From positions 896,001-960,000 of the forward strand of contig CAWJCS010000005.1 in assembly GCA_963841435.1 (NCBI GenBank): a stretch of 64,000 nt of DNA, read 5' to 3'. Shown in pieces: positions 9,341 to 21,100 of this stretch. Below the pieces are notes generated by a model. It worked only from the letters and a program-made list of their open reading frames with translations. It did no database searches and had not been told where the DNA came from. The DNA is from an uncultured delta proteobacterium. Its GTDB lineage: Bacteria; Myxococcota_A; Polyangia; Polyangiales; Polyangiaceae. Numbering within the stretch: the stretch's first letter is position 1; every line of letters begins with the position of its first letter. The position numbers were made by a program, and so were the translations under genes.

Positions 9341-10417
9341 GATCCGAGCACGGGTGAGCGCGTGCTGGCGGAGCTTTTCGTGGCGGTGCTCGGCGCGTCG
9401 AACTTGACCTACGCGGAGGCGACGGCGAGCCAGAAAGTCGAGGACTTCGTGAGCGCACACGTCCGAGCGCTCACGTACATCGGCGGCGTGCCGACGATGA
9501 TTGTGCCGGACTGTCTGAAGTCGGCGGTGACGGTGCCGTGCCGGTACGAGCCGGGCATCCAACGCACCTACGCCGAGTTTGCGCGCCACTACGGGACGGC
9601 GGTGGTGCCGGCGCGGCCGTACAAGGCGCGCGACAAGGCGAAGGTGGAGGTCGCCGTGCAGATCGCGCAGCGATGGATCCTCGCGCGTCTTCGCAACGAG
9701 ACCTTCTTCTCGCTGGAGGCGCTGAATGCTCGCGTGCGCGTGCTCCTGGATGAGCTCAACGCGCGGCCGATGAAGAAGCTCGGAGGCATCAGCCGTCGCG
9801 AGCTGTTTGAGCGCGTCGAACGTGGAGCGTTGGGTGCGCTGCCGAGCGACCCGTACGAGTGCGCCGAGTGGCTCGAGCGGACAGTGAACACGGACTACCA
9901 CGTGGAGGTCGACAAGCACTGGTACTCGGTGCCGTACGACCTCGTCCACGAACCGGTTTGGGCACGATTTACGGCCATGACGGTCGAGATCCTCCACAAC
10001 AACGGTCGCGTCGCGTCCCACGTGCGGAGTTGGGTCCCCTACGCGCACACGACCAATCCGGCGCACATGCCCGAGGGCCATCGTCGCCACGCGGCCGGCG
10101 CGGAGGGAGTGCTGGCCTGGGCGGCGACGGTTGGGCCGATGGCGGTTGCGATGGTGCGACGGTTGCTCGACGCGAACCCGGTCCGAGAGCAGGGCTGGCG
10201 GTCCGCGCGTGGGCTTCAGCGAATCGGTGAAAAGTACGGCCCGGTGCGAACCGAGCTCGCGTGTGCGCGGGCGCTGCGTTTCGGCGCTCGCTCGTACAAG
10301 CCGGTCGCGAACATCCTCGCGCTCGGCCGCGAGAGCGCCGGGGCGCTCGAGGACGAGCCCGAGGAACGGATTGCGATCATGCACGAGAACGTGCGTGGCC
10401 CTGACTACTACCATTGA
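9341..10417 (+). pseudogene. istA: IS21 transposase IstA, 5'-truncated
   Basis: [52 protein letters not shown]-terminus missing at the transposon end. Confidence 0.9.
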
Positions 10418-10431
10418 AGAAAGGAAACCGA

Positions 10432-11175
10432 ATGCTTCACGAACCCACCATCGAAAAACTCCATGAGCTGCGCCTGGCCATCATGGCCGAGGCCTGGCAA
10501 CAGCAACAAAAGGACGCGAAAATCGGGGCGCTGAGCTTCGACGAGCGCTTCACGCTGATCGTCGATGCCGAGCACCAGGCTCGCGACAACCGCCGTCTCA
10601 CGCGCCTGCTGAAAGACGCGCAGCTGCGGATCCCGCAGGCGTGTGTCGAGGACGTCGCCAGCTCGCCGGCTCGTGGCCTCGAAAAGGCGATGCTGCGCCA
10701 GCTCGCGTCCTGCACCTGGGTCACCGAGCACCTGAACGTCCTCATCACCGGCGGAACCGGCGTCGGCAAGAGCTACCTCGCCTGCGCGCTCGGACAGAGC
10801 GCGTGTCGCAAGGCGCTTCGGGTGACCTACCGCCGCGTCCCGCGCCTGCTCGACGAGCTCGCGCTCGCCCGCGCCGAGGGCTCCCACGCGCGGCTGCTCG
10901 CGAAGCTCGCGAAGTTTGACGTGCTCGTGCTCGACGACTGGGGTCTCGGTGCGCCGAAGGACTCGCAGCGTCACGACCTGCTCGAGGTGATCGAGGACCG
11001 CTACGGCCGCGTCTCGACTGTCGTCACCAGCCAGCTACCCGTCGGAAAGTGGCACGAGTGGATCGGAGACCCGACAATGGCAGACGCTATTTTGGATCGC
11101 CTCGTGAACAACGCTTACAAGGTCAACCTGAAAGGACCATCCCGCCGGAAACTCGAGACTGAACCCTCCCACTGA
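10432..11175 (+). CDS. istB: IS21 helper ATPase IstB
   Basis: GGTGVGKSYLACALG, LVLDDWG, ADAILDRLV; IS21 right end with repeated (T/C)CACGATG motifs ends ...CGCA at 11271. Confidence 0.95.
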   Translation: MLHEPTIEKLHELRLAIMAEAWQQQQKDAKIGALSFDERFTLIVDAEHQARDNRRLTRLLKDAQLRIPQACVEDVASSPARGLEKAMLRQLASCTWVTEHLNVLITGGTGVGKSYLACALGQSACRKALRVTYRRVPRLLDELALARAEGSHARLLAKLAKFDVLVLDDWGLGAPKDSQRHDLLEVIEDRYGRVSTVVTSQLPVGKWHEWIGDPTMADAILDRLVNNAYKVNLKGPSRRKLETEPSH

Positions 11176-11271
11176 CCGCCGACCGCCTGCGTCGCTCCGC
11201 TCCGATCACGATGCCCGATGCGAGTGATCACGATGCGCCGAAACGGCTGTCCACGATGGGCGAAATCCGCA

Positions 11272-12382
11272 ATAGGAGACGATTTTCACGCGAAGCGCGT
11301 GCTTTCCCTCGCTAACGGCGTGGTGGGTACCATCCACGCCGCCGCGTTGGCGGTTCACTTTATCGGGGAGGGTTTGGCGCTTGCGGAGGGACTCGACCCA
11401 AAGCACGCGATCAAACAGGTCAACCGTTTGCTCAGCAATCCGGCGATTTCCGTCGAGAGGTTCTTCGCCCGATGGGTGCCGTTCGTCGTTGCCGAGCGGA
11501 AAGCGCTCCGGGTAGCGCTGGACTGGACGGAGTTCGATCGCGATGGGCAGATCACCATCGCGCTCTACCTGCTGACGAGGCACGGGCGGGCCACCCCGTT
11601 GCTCTGGAGGACCGTCAGGAAGAGCGACCTGAAGGAGCGACAGGGGGAATACGAAGATGCTATCGTTGAACAGCTTCACAGTCTTCTCGGCGCCGATGTG
11701 CGAGTGACGCTGCTGGCCGATCGAGGCTTTGGCGACCAGGCGCGGTACGAGCATCTCGACCGGCTCGGCTTCAGCTTCGTCATTCGTTTTCGCGAGAACA
11801 TCCTGGTTGAGAGCGCCGACGGCGATTCGAAGACCGCCGCAGAATGGGTTCCGAGCAACGGCCGGCCCAAGCACCTGCGAAAAGCCAGAGTGACTGCTGA
11901 CCGCGCCAACGTGGGCGCCGTCGTGTGCGTGAAATCGGCCGGAATGGCTCAGGCCTGGTGCCTCGCCACCAACCGTACCGACCTTTCGGCGACCGAGGTC
12001 GTCGAGTTGTACGGCCGCCGCTTCACGATCGAGGAGACGTTCCGCGACCAGAAAGATCTGCGCTTTGGCATGGGGCTGTCGAGCACGCACATCAAGGACC
12101 CGGCACGGCGCGATCGCCTGCTCATGCTCGCAGCCTTTGCACAGGGGCTCCTCACGCTGCTCGGCGCTGCGAGCGAAGCGTCCGGACTCGATCGCTACTT
12201 GAAGGCCAATACTGTCAAAAAGCGCACTCACTCCCTGTTTCGTCAGGGTAGCTATTACTATGCCGCGCTCCCCAACATGCGCGATGATCGCCTGTTGCCG
12301 CTCATGGACGCCTTCGGCAAGATCGTCGCCGAGCATCAGGTCTCGCGCGAACTTCTCGGTGTCATATGAGGGGATGCCTCAG
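11272..12382 (+). mobile_element. IS4-family (IS10-like) element, 5'-truncated by IS21; transposase ends at 12369
   Basis: VALDWT, LLADRGFG, YGRRFTIEETFRDQK (YREK-type); right end reverse complement CTGAGGCATCCCCT. Confidence 0.88.
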
Positions 12383-12412
12383 GAGTTGCCCCTGTCAAAC
12401 CGGACACGTGGT

Positions 12413-13271
12413 TTAGGGTAATTGGGCGCGGCGGAATTGCCGCGGAGAAAGCATGTTGAGGCCGCTGTGGGGGTGGTTCTCGTTGTAGTCGGCAAACCAA
12501 GCGGGAAGGGCGGCGAGGACGGAGCGCGCCGAGGCGACGTCGCCGAGGTAGACGTAGTCGCGTTTGAAGGTCTTCACGAAGGCCTCCGACATGCCGTTGG
12601 ACTCGGGCGAGTACGCGGGCGTGTTGCGCACGAGCAGGCCGGACAGAGCACCAAACGCCCGCGTCTCGTGCGCCGTATAGGGCGGTCCGTTATCGGTGAG
12701 CCACTCGACGGGGTGCGCCGTGTGCGTGCCTCCAAAGCGCGCCTCGACCGACTGCGCCATCAAATCACGGATGTCCGTGCCGTCGAGGTGCCGGTCGGAC
12801 GCGACCCAGGCGATAGCCTCGCGGTCGCAGCAATCGAGAGCGAAGGCGACGTGGACGCGCTCGCCGTTCCAGCAGCGCACCTCGAAGCTGTCGCTGCACC
12901 ACCGCAGGTCGCTCGCCAGCGTGATCACCTTGCCGTCGTGCCGGCGCTCGGGATGGATGCCGTACTTTGCCAGCAGCAACTGCGCCCGCTTCATGAGCCG
13001 GTAAACGCGCTTGTGGTTGATGCGATTGGCGGGCTCTTGACGGTTCAATCGGGCCGTGACGCGGCGGTAGCCGTACGACGGCCGCTCGCGCACCACCGCG
13101 CGGATGCGGTCGAGCACGTCGTCGTCTCCGTCGCAGTCGTAGCCGGTCCGTTCTCGCGGAGCCGTCCGGGCACTGCGGCTCAGGTGCGAGCGTGAGATGC
13201 CGAGGGCGTCGGCCACCGGCTTCACTTTTCGCCCTCGTCGGATGAGCTCCCGCGCGACAACAGTTTTTTTT
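12413..13271 (-). CDS. IS3 OrfB integrase core, expressed via -1 frameshift
   Basis: YGYRRV, WCSDSFE, LDCCDRE, WLTDNG, SPESNGMSEAFVKTFKRDY. Confidence 0.92.
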
Positions 13272-13608
13272 CGCGGGCGACCTCGATGGCCTCTTCGAGG
13301 ATCTCCACTTGCATCGTCTTCTTGCCGAGAGCCCGCTCGAGCTCCTTGATGCGCGCCTTGAGCTTCTTCACCTCGCTCTCGGGCACGACCTTCTCGTTCG
13401 ACTTCAGGCCCTTCTTCGTCGCGTCGTCCATGGCTCGCTTCCATTGGAACAACATGCTGGGCGCGAGGCCATAGCGTCGTGCAACCTCCGAGACTGAGTT
13501 CCCGGTGCGGGCCGCCTCGTCCAGAAATGCCCGCTTCTGCTCGGCCGTGAATCTACGCCGCCTGCCTGGCTCGACTGCCTGGACGCTGATCAATGCTGCT
13601 GCCGTCAT
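13222..13608 (-). CDS. IS3 OrfA
   Basis: RRRRFTAEQK..SVSEVARRYGL..LFQWKR HTH; IKELERALGKKTMQVEIL. Confidence 0.92.
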   Translation of the reverse strand: MTAAALISVQAVEPGRRRRFTAEQKRAFLDEAARTGNSVSEVARRYGLAPSMLFQWKRAMDDATKKGLKSNEKVVPESEVKKLKARIKELERALGKKTMQVEILEEAIEVAREKKLLSRGSSSDEGEK

Positions 13609-13652
13609 CGTGGACTCCTTCGAAAAGGTGTCCGGTCCAAACGGGGGCTACA

Positions 13653-13997
13653 TCACGATGCTCACGAAGCGTCAAGCCGCCCTCTCCGCACTGTGGACGC
13701 CGGTGGGGTTCACGGAGCTTCAGCACGACTTCGCGCAGTTCGAGTTCATGAAGCGCATCGGCCAGCAGTGTCCCGAGGCAGTCAACGGGGCTGAGACCTA
13801 CCACGGGAGCAACGTGGGTGGCAGCGCGTGGACCCAGCACCGCTTCGTGAGGTACCCAGGTGTTCTCCCGGGCGGCGGTAACGAGGTGATCTTTCACCGG
13901 ATCGACAAGCGGCAGGATCCGAAGTGCGAGACCCGGTTCTACTTCTCTACCCGCCAGTATGCGGCGGTCAAAGGAAACCCTGAGGTACGTAAGGCGA
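13653..13997 (+). pseudogene. Fragment of an unknown gene cut by IS3
   Basis: Protein-like reading frame (FTELQHDFAQFEFM...GSNVGGSAWTQ) that runs into a GC-rich hairpin region. Confidence 0.4.
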
Positions 13998-14148
13998 GGG
14001 TGCTCTGGCCGCCCTTGAAGTGGCGGGGCGCACCGCGCGCCCCGGACATTCAGGGCTTCAGCGCCCCACTCGCGCTCTCTCGTGGGTCTCCGTGCCCGCG
14101 ACCCGCCGGGAGGCACCCTGCCCCCTCGTGCCACCGTTGCCCAGACGG

Positions 14149-14841
14149 CTAAAAACAGAAGTCCACTGCTTTGTTCTTGATCGTCACGACGCTAGGCCAG
14201 AATCCATAACCACCCATGCGATCGACCTCGTCGACCACGCTCGTGACATAGGGGGCAAGACCCTCATAGGACAACTCGAAGTCTGCTTTGATGGGGATGC
14301 CCTCGTAGGTGAACTCTGGCGCTGACTCGCCTGGTCCAAAGGCGAACTTCGCGCTCTCAACATCATCCTTCAGCCATTTCCACGGACTTCCGATCCCTTC
14401 GACCAAGTTCTCGACGAGGTCTGGTGGAACGTGGCCCCTTAGTTTGGAGGAGAGCGATGAGAAATCGACTTCTTCCTGAAGCTCGATCGCGTCGATGTTC
14501 ACGTCGGACAAGAGGAGCAACCCGAATGCGTTGCCGTTGTTGCCGTCGAGCTTGTCGTACTCTTGCGTCACTAGCTCTCCTCGACCAATAGTCACCCGAA
14601 GACATGCTCCGTGCCCAGCGGCTCGCAAGCCCTGGAGGAGCAAAATTCTCCCTGCTGGCAGTTGAGCGCAGCGAGCAGCAAAATGGCCCCGAAACCTGCG
14701 CTGACTCATGAGCGACTCACGGGCGAGTCTTGTTTGTTCGTCACGCTTGGCTTGCTTCGCCGTGTAGCTGGCCTGCGTGACCAAGAACGTGATGAGGCCG
14801 CCAACGGCGAGGCCAACGAACAAGAGTACCACATCCACCAT
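14149..14841 (-). CDS. Hypothetical protein with N-terminal membrane anchor
   Basis: Hydrophobic N-terminus; lower GC than the core genes; no recognised motif. Confidence 0.6.
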   Translation of the reverse strand: MVDVVLLFVGLAVGGLITFLVTQASYTAKQAKRDEQTRLARESLMSQRRFRGHFAARCAQLPAGRILLLQGLRAAGHGACLRVTIGRGELVTQEYDKLDGNNGNAFGLLLLSDVNIDAIELQEEVDFSSLSSKLRGHVPPDLVENLVEGIGSPWKWLKDDVESAKFAFGPGESAPEFTYEGIPIKADFELSYEGLAPYVTSVVDEVDRMGGYGFWPSVVTIKNKAVDFCF

Positions 14842-14913
14842 CGTAGTTTCGCTCCCGAAAGGGTTAGACCGGCGGGCAGAGATCCAGCGTTTTCATCTGG
14901 TCAGGAGACTCGC

Positions 14914-16071
<1,158 letters not shown>

Positions 16072-16083
16072 CCCAGGTTCCTC

Positions 16084-17181
16084 CTACTGCTCACCCAAGA
16101 TCGCTTTGATATCCGGTCGCGCCCGCCAGGCCTCGTAGTCGGGCAACCAATCTTCGAGCGCCCGCGCCTCCGTCCAGAGCGCATCGATCTCCTTCATGTA
16201 GCAGTCGACGATCTCTGGCTTGACCTCGAAGCCTCCCGACGTGTTGGTCGCTTTGGGTGAAGCTCGTGGTGCCGTGAAGCCGTATGGCTTGGCGGTTTGA
16301 GCCCGCTTATCGAGCGTGTCGATGAGGTACCAACGACCCTGAAGGTCTCGATCGAGGAGCCTCACCTCGAAGTTGCGGTCAACGCCAGCGCGCCGCGCTT
16401 CCTCACGAAGCCAGAGCAGCCCCTCCACCGTATCGTTGCCGAACGCATAGAGCACGTCTCTCGAACGCCCGACCATGCGCGCCACGTGAATTGCATCGCC
16501 GTGAACGAAATCGAAGACGAGAAACCTTACGCGTACACCACGGGTCAGCCGGTCGAGAAAGATCTTCCGGCCGATCGAGGCCGTGATGTAGAAGTCCACG
16601 GCCGCCAACGTAATGTCCGTCAACGCTTGCTTCGCGTAGTCGAGAAACATGAGGATGAATTCATGTCCTCGTTCGAACTCGTAGGATTCGTTCCACGGGG
16701 GGTCACGCGGGGCAGGGCCACCCTCGAGATAGGCGATGGCACGCCTCAGGTAGTCGGCCAGTTGCTCGGGGCGGTGTTGACGGAGTTCGTGGATGCGATC
16801 TCGAATTCGCTTCGGCACGACCTCGAATGCGGCCTCGAAGTCGAGGTAGCCGCGTGACTGGCGCGAGGCAAGCACCCAGTCGCTCGATTCCGTCTGCACG
16901 AAACCATGCAGACGGTAGACCAGCGGCGCAGCGGTGTCCTTGCTCAGCTTTTCGCTTTTGCCGCCCTTCCCCTGCAGCTCCCGCGACAGGGCGTGAGCCG
17001 GTCCCGAGTTGCGTCTGCGCTGAACCGAAAGCTCGAGCTCTGCGCTCAATACATAGCTCGCGTCGATCAGCTTGAAGACGCGACGGTGAAGAGCTTCATA
17101 GAAGTGTCTGCTTCCTTCGTCTCTCGGCACGATTTCCAGTGCAATACAGAGTTTGCAAAGTCGCTCGTTGATCGGATACAT
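16084..17181 (-). CDS. Hypothetical protein; C-terminal domain resembles PLD-like/DUF5919 regulatory domains
   Basis: RGVRVRFLVFD...NFEVRLLD...WYLID pattern; apparently co-transcribed with the M20 gene. Confidence 0.55.
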   Translation of the reverse strand: MYPINERLCKLCIALEIVPRDEGSRHFYEALHRRVFKLIDASYVLSAELELSVQRRRNSGPAHALSRELQGKGGKSEKLSKDTAAPLVYRLHGFVQTESSDWVLASRQSRGYLDFEAAFEVVPKRIRDRIHELRQHRPEQLADYLRRAIAYLEGGPAPRDPPWNESYEFERGHEFILMFLDYAKQALTDITLAAVDFYITASIGRKIFLDRLTRGVRVRFLVFDFVHGDAIHVARMVGRSRDVLYAFGNDTVEGLLWLREEARRAGVDRNFEVRLLDRDLQGRWYLIDTLDKRAQTAKPYGFTAPRASPKATNTSGGFEVKPEIVDCYMKEIDALWTEARALEDWLPDYEAWRARPDIKAILGEQ

Positions 17182-17604
17182 GGTGACCCTGCGCGTCCGG
17201 AGGACACCCTATCACGACGTGTGTTCTGTCCGTTCGTGTTCTCTTTCTGCACGCGTTCTACATGAATGCTCGGCTTTCCGTTCCGGAAGCTCTCTTGGGG
17301 CGCGTGGCGCGGTGCCTCCGCGAGCGTATGGCGCTGCTTGCGCCCCCCAGCTTCGCTAGGCGGCGCGCCCTTCGTTAGCTCACGCCGGCGCTTCGCGGCG
17401 CCGGTGGCAACGGAGTGAAGGTATTCTCCACGCTCAGAAATGCGCGCCCCTCGTGCATGAACGAGCGGGCGACGTTGAGCGTGAACCCGTCCGTAGCGGC
17501 GGCGTCGAAGAACCTCGCTATCCAGGCGAACTCTGCGCCGAGATGGCCAGGCAGATTGCAGCTAGCGCCAGCTCCGGTGCGGGCTCAGCCGTCACTCCGC
17601 GGGG

Positions 17605-17696
17605 ATAGGCGAAGCAAACGCATCCGTCGCGGTGGATGGCGTGCTGGACTTTACGGATCGCCGAAGATGCGATCCAGCCTGCGGGCCGGACCGCTG
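17605..17696 (-). repeat. Mini-element copy C
   Basis: Inverted copy of 5921-6012 with 2 substitutions. Confidence 0.85.
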
Positions 17697-17997
17697 ACCT
17701 CGGCGCCTCGCTCGCTGCCGGGCGCGGCACGCGCGGCGCACGTGTTTTGCGAGCCGGCCACGCGCGCTTCTCCCCCCGCGCCTCCTTGTTGAGCATCCAC
17801 TTCCAGTACGTCAGCGTCCGCGCGTTGATCCCGAGCTCCGCTGCGAACTCCGCGCAGCTCAGCCCGCTATCCCGCCAGCGCTCGACTCGCTTCGCCCACT
17901 CCTCGCGCGCCACTCGCGATCTCTCGTGCGTCTCCATGCCCGCGAGTCTGCCGTGGCGCGCCCGACCCCGTCACGACGCCGTTGCCCGGACGGATAC
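17697..17997 (-). mobile_element. IS66 left-end remnant with truncated tnpA
   Basis: End GTATCCGTCCGGGC at 17997; EEWAKRVERWRDSGLSCAEFAAELGIN..TLTYWKW; cut at the mini-element. Confidence 0.85.
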
Positions 17998-18002
17998 GAC
18001 GT

Positions 18003-18404
18003 TCACTCTCGCGAGGCGCGGTCATAGACCAAGGTTTCATTGGATGAAAACGCGGTCTGCTGTACCTCGGAGAGCCAGTCCGCCGCTGGCTTCACCCGTC
18101 CCAAGGCAATAGGCAGAGCGGCAATCAAGCTTTCCCAGCCCGCCATCTCCTCGTCCGCGCTGATCGAGCCGGATTCTGTCGTGAAGTCCAGGCAGACCAG
18201 ATCGACCGCGAAAAAGTCGCGCTTTAGAGCCTTGACACGAAGGACCTGAGCCCACACGCAGCCGTTCACAGTCACCCCTTCGGCGTTCACGAGTCGAAAG
18301 CCGGTCGGATCGGTCTCAATCGTGATGGTGGGTGAACGCACCTCAGGGTGCCTCCGAAAGGTGCTCAAAAGCCTTCTCAGGTGCCGGGCGATCACCCTTA
18401 CCAT
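18003..18404 (-). CDS. Putative immunity protein of orphan module 2
   Basis: Overlaps the toxin stop codon; small, WAQVLRVKALKRDFFAVDLVCL. Confidence 0.65.
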   Translation of the reverse strand: MVRVIARHLRRLLSTFRRHPEVRSPTITIETDPTGFRLVNAEGVTVNGCVWAQVLRVKALKRDFFAVDLVCLDFTTESGSISADEEMAGWESLIAALPIALGRVKPAADWLSEVQQTAFSSNETLVYDRASRE

Positions 18405-19513
18405 TGGAACACCCAGTCAACAAACGCCTCTCCGCCGACTGCGCCGCCAAAGCCACCCACTACGATGCCCGCACCGGCGCCCCACGGTCCGCCGAGAGCG
18501 CCGACCTCCCCGCCTGCCCACGCGCCCGCATACGCTCCACCAAGTCGCCCGGTCGCTTCTGCGCCTGCGCGCAAGCGCGAGCCCGCGGGCGCCGTCGCGA
18601 CGCCAACAACTTCCACACTGACCCCAGCTACCAGTCCTACAGTTCCACCAACACGGAGCAACCTGCCACCGACGTTGAAGAGCCTATTGGTTTTTGTGGG
18701 GCTCAGATTAGTTGCGACGTACCCAGAAGCAACCCGGGCCGCCTTCAGCCGTTCCGTGAGCGCGCGACCAAGCGACGTTTGTCGCGACAGAAACTCTGCC
18801 TTGAGGGCATCACGTTCCGCCCGCGTCGTAGCGCTTCTCACCAAATCCTCGTACTGCCCGCGCAGTTCACCCGTGCGGCGGAAGAGTTCTCCCGTGCTCG
18901 CCGCCACATCCGGCAGGTACTGTGCGAGCGCGTCCTCAATCCTTTCTCTGTCGGTGCGCGCATCCGAATCGGGCTGTGCCTCGGCGCCGGAGCGCGAAGG
19001 GGCCTGTGGAGCTTGCGGTACGAGGCTCAACTCGACAAGCGGCGCCGGCGTTCCCGCCAGCGGGAAGGCCGAAGGCGGCTGGGCGGGCGACCATTCGGTG
19101 AATGGATCGGCCTCCGTGCCCGCGTTCGAGTCAGGCGGCGTGGCCGTGACGGTCAGGCCGGAGCCTGCCCAGTCACGGTGAGCCCGTACTCGTCGGGCAC
19201 GACCTCCTCGTTCTCCAGCCCCGTCGGATCCACCCACGCGAACGGATTGTTCCACGCGTAGGCAAAGCGGTTCCAGCCCTGGCTCCAGGCCGGCGCTTGG
19301 ACGATGGGATCGGGCGTCGTGAACCGGGCGATGCGCGCATCGTACAAGCGCGCTCCCATGTTGACGAGGCCCGTCTCCGGATCGTGCTCGTGGCCGGTGT
19401 AGCCGCGGGTGACGCGGCGTACGGCGGGGTTTTGGGATTGCCAGCTCGGGTTGTCGACGGTGCCGAAGGGGCCGAAGCGCTGCTCGTGCAGGAGGGTGCC
19501 GGCTTGGTCGGTG
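18398..19513 (-). pseudogene. rhs: Orphan Rhs module 2: core end plus glycine-zipper (putative pore-forming) tip
   Basis: GYTGHEHD..ARLYD..DPTG core; 1-bp frameshift near 19168; tip GGAYAGAWAGGEVGALGGPWGAGAGIVVGGFGG. Confidence 0.8.
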
Positions 19514-19677
19514 CTTGGATGCTCCCCCGTCGGAGTGCGGCGGGGTTGCGCCCGGCGTGCTCGCTTCGCTGCGCGCGCCGGGGGCCCTCTTGCCTGTGCT
19601 CGCCCGGCTCCGACTTACGGAGACTCACGGCTGGCCGGGCTGCGCGCTGGCGAGGGTCCCGGGTACGGTGGGCGACG
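19514..19677. repeat. Rhs-junction hairpin element, copy 1
   Basis: Homologous to 22222-22387; begins CTTGGATGCTCCCCCG exactly where Rhs homology stops. Confidence 0.8.
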
Positions 19678-19797
19678 CGGGACCGGAGCCGTGTGGGGCG
19701 GTGCGTCGAGCCGTTGAGGTGCGACTCAGACTGCTGTTGTGTCGAGGTGACAGGTTGCACGCTCCCGCTCAACGGAACCGGAGCACCCGAGCAGTCA

Positions 19798-20115
19798 CTA
19801 CTCACCCTCAAAAAAAGGTTTGCACACCCGAGCTACCTGGGCTTCGTCGTTCGCGTCAAGAAACAAGACGTCGAGGTGTTGCTCCTCGTCGAAGATCCCG
19901 GCGAAGATCGCCCCTACGTCCTTCACGAACCTTTGTGCTGGGCGCCATTCCTACAACGCAGAGAGCAACTCCCTCCTCCATGCACGGCGCGCATGACGCG
20001 TTGATCCGAGAAGTTGAAAGAAATGGTTCTTCAGCAGCCGCTCCGGAGAGTCGTCCTGTTCCGCTATGAACCGCACCCCACTCCCGCGTGCAACTCTCCC
20101 ATAGTCTCCGTTCAA
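19798..20115 (-). pseudogene. Degenerate SseB_C-like protein, paralogue of 22497-22841
   Basis: VRFIAEQDDSPERLLK...VGAIFAGIFDEEQHLDVLFLD...RVCKPFFE, with an internal deletion and frameshifts. Confidence 0.75.
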
Positions 20116-20490
20116 GTGCCAAACCTCTTCGCGTGCTCGAAAGCGTCCGACATGGATTCGAAGAGGGTCGCCCACGCGATGACTTCAGTGAGCTCCAGGC
20201 TGAATGAATCAGTTCTGAAGGTGGCCTCGTCCAAGATTCTCGACGCGAACACCTGTGTCGGCCAATGCGATATCGGATAGACAGTCTCTCCTTCGTGGCG
20301 CGCCGAAAGAACCAGGTGGTCAACCTCTCTGTCTCCGAGGCCAAACCGCTGTCCGCTCAGGGCGGGGTCCATCCTAATCAGCAGATGGTACTTGCCGTTC
20401 GAGTCGAGCAGAGCCCTGAGTGCCCAGCACCGCCGGGGCGCACCGAGTGGCTCGTACTCTCCGGCGGCGGTTAGAAAAAATCCGGCTGGG
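20112..20490 (-). pseudogene. Orphan immunity-like gene, paralogue of 22838-23230; no clear start
   Basis: GEYEPL..PRRCW, LVLSARHEGETVYPISHWP shared with 22838-23230. Confidence 0.75.
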
Positions 20491-20551
20491 AGAGAGTCTT
20501 GAATGAAAGGCAGGAGCGTGACGGGCCGAGCGCCGGCAACGTGTAGGGTCG

Positions 20552-21100
20552 TTAGTCTTGAGCCCAGACGAGCTTGAAGTCGAGGCCTGTCAGGTCGTGC
20601 TCGCGAACCAGGTCGACGAACATATCCGTGAAGTACGTAATCCCCATCGGGTGACTCCTCACCTTGAACAGATGTAGGCCCTTGAGGCAGTCGGCGCGGA
20701 AAACGGGTTTGCGGACTCGCAGGATTCGATTCCCAGGCTCCACGGAACGAAGGAGGTCCGAACGCTCCTCGTCGAGCGCGTCGACGAGCCGGGTGACATT
20801 GAAAACCCACACTGAATCGCTATCGCTCTGCAGCGGGAGAATCTCACCATAGTCCTGCACGACTCTCCCAAGCTGCTTGAGCGCCCGTGGCCGCAACAGC
20901 AGATCACCCGGTCCAGCAGGCATGTCGGTGTGCGCGCGAGGGCGACCTCGCTCGTCAACGGTGACTGTTCGGACCCTGACAGGTTCCCAGCCTTGCGCCC
21001 GCGAGCTACCATCAAACCTCAGTGTTTGATGGCCTTCATCATCCTCGGGCACGATGCAGTCGGTGTCGTTCCAAGAGACGCTTTGAAACACCTTAATCAC
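20552..21100 (-). CDS. Immunity protein, Imm11/DUF1629-like
   Basis: GEILPL...VFNVTRLVDALDEERS...LFKV...YFTDMFVDLVREHDLTGLDF; follows the AHH nuclease. Confidence 0.8.
   Translation of the reverse strand: MIKVFQSVSWNDTDCIVPEDDEGHQTLRFDGSSRAQGWEPVRVRTVTVDERGRPRAHTDMPAGPGDLLLRPRALKQLGRVVQDYGEILPLQSDSDSVWVFNVTRLVDALDEERSDLLRSVEPGNRILRVRKPVFRADCLKGLHLFKVRSHPMGITYFTDMFVDLVREHDLTGLDFKLVWAQD

Larger units (their letters stand above)
12384..13652 (-). mobile_element. IS3-family (IS2-group) element
   Basis: Imperfect inverted repeats TGTAGCCCCCGTTTGGACCGGACAC / AGTTGCCCCTGTCAAACCGGACAC; orfA and orfB overlap at an A8 run (13264-13271). Confidence 0.93.
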
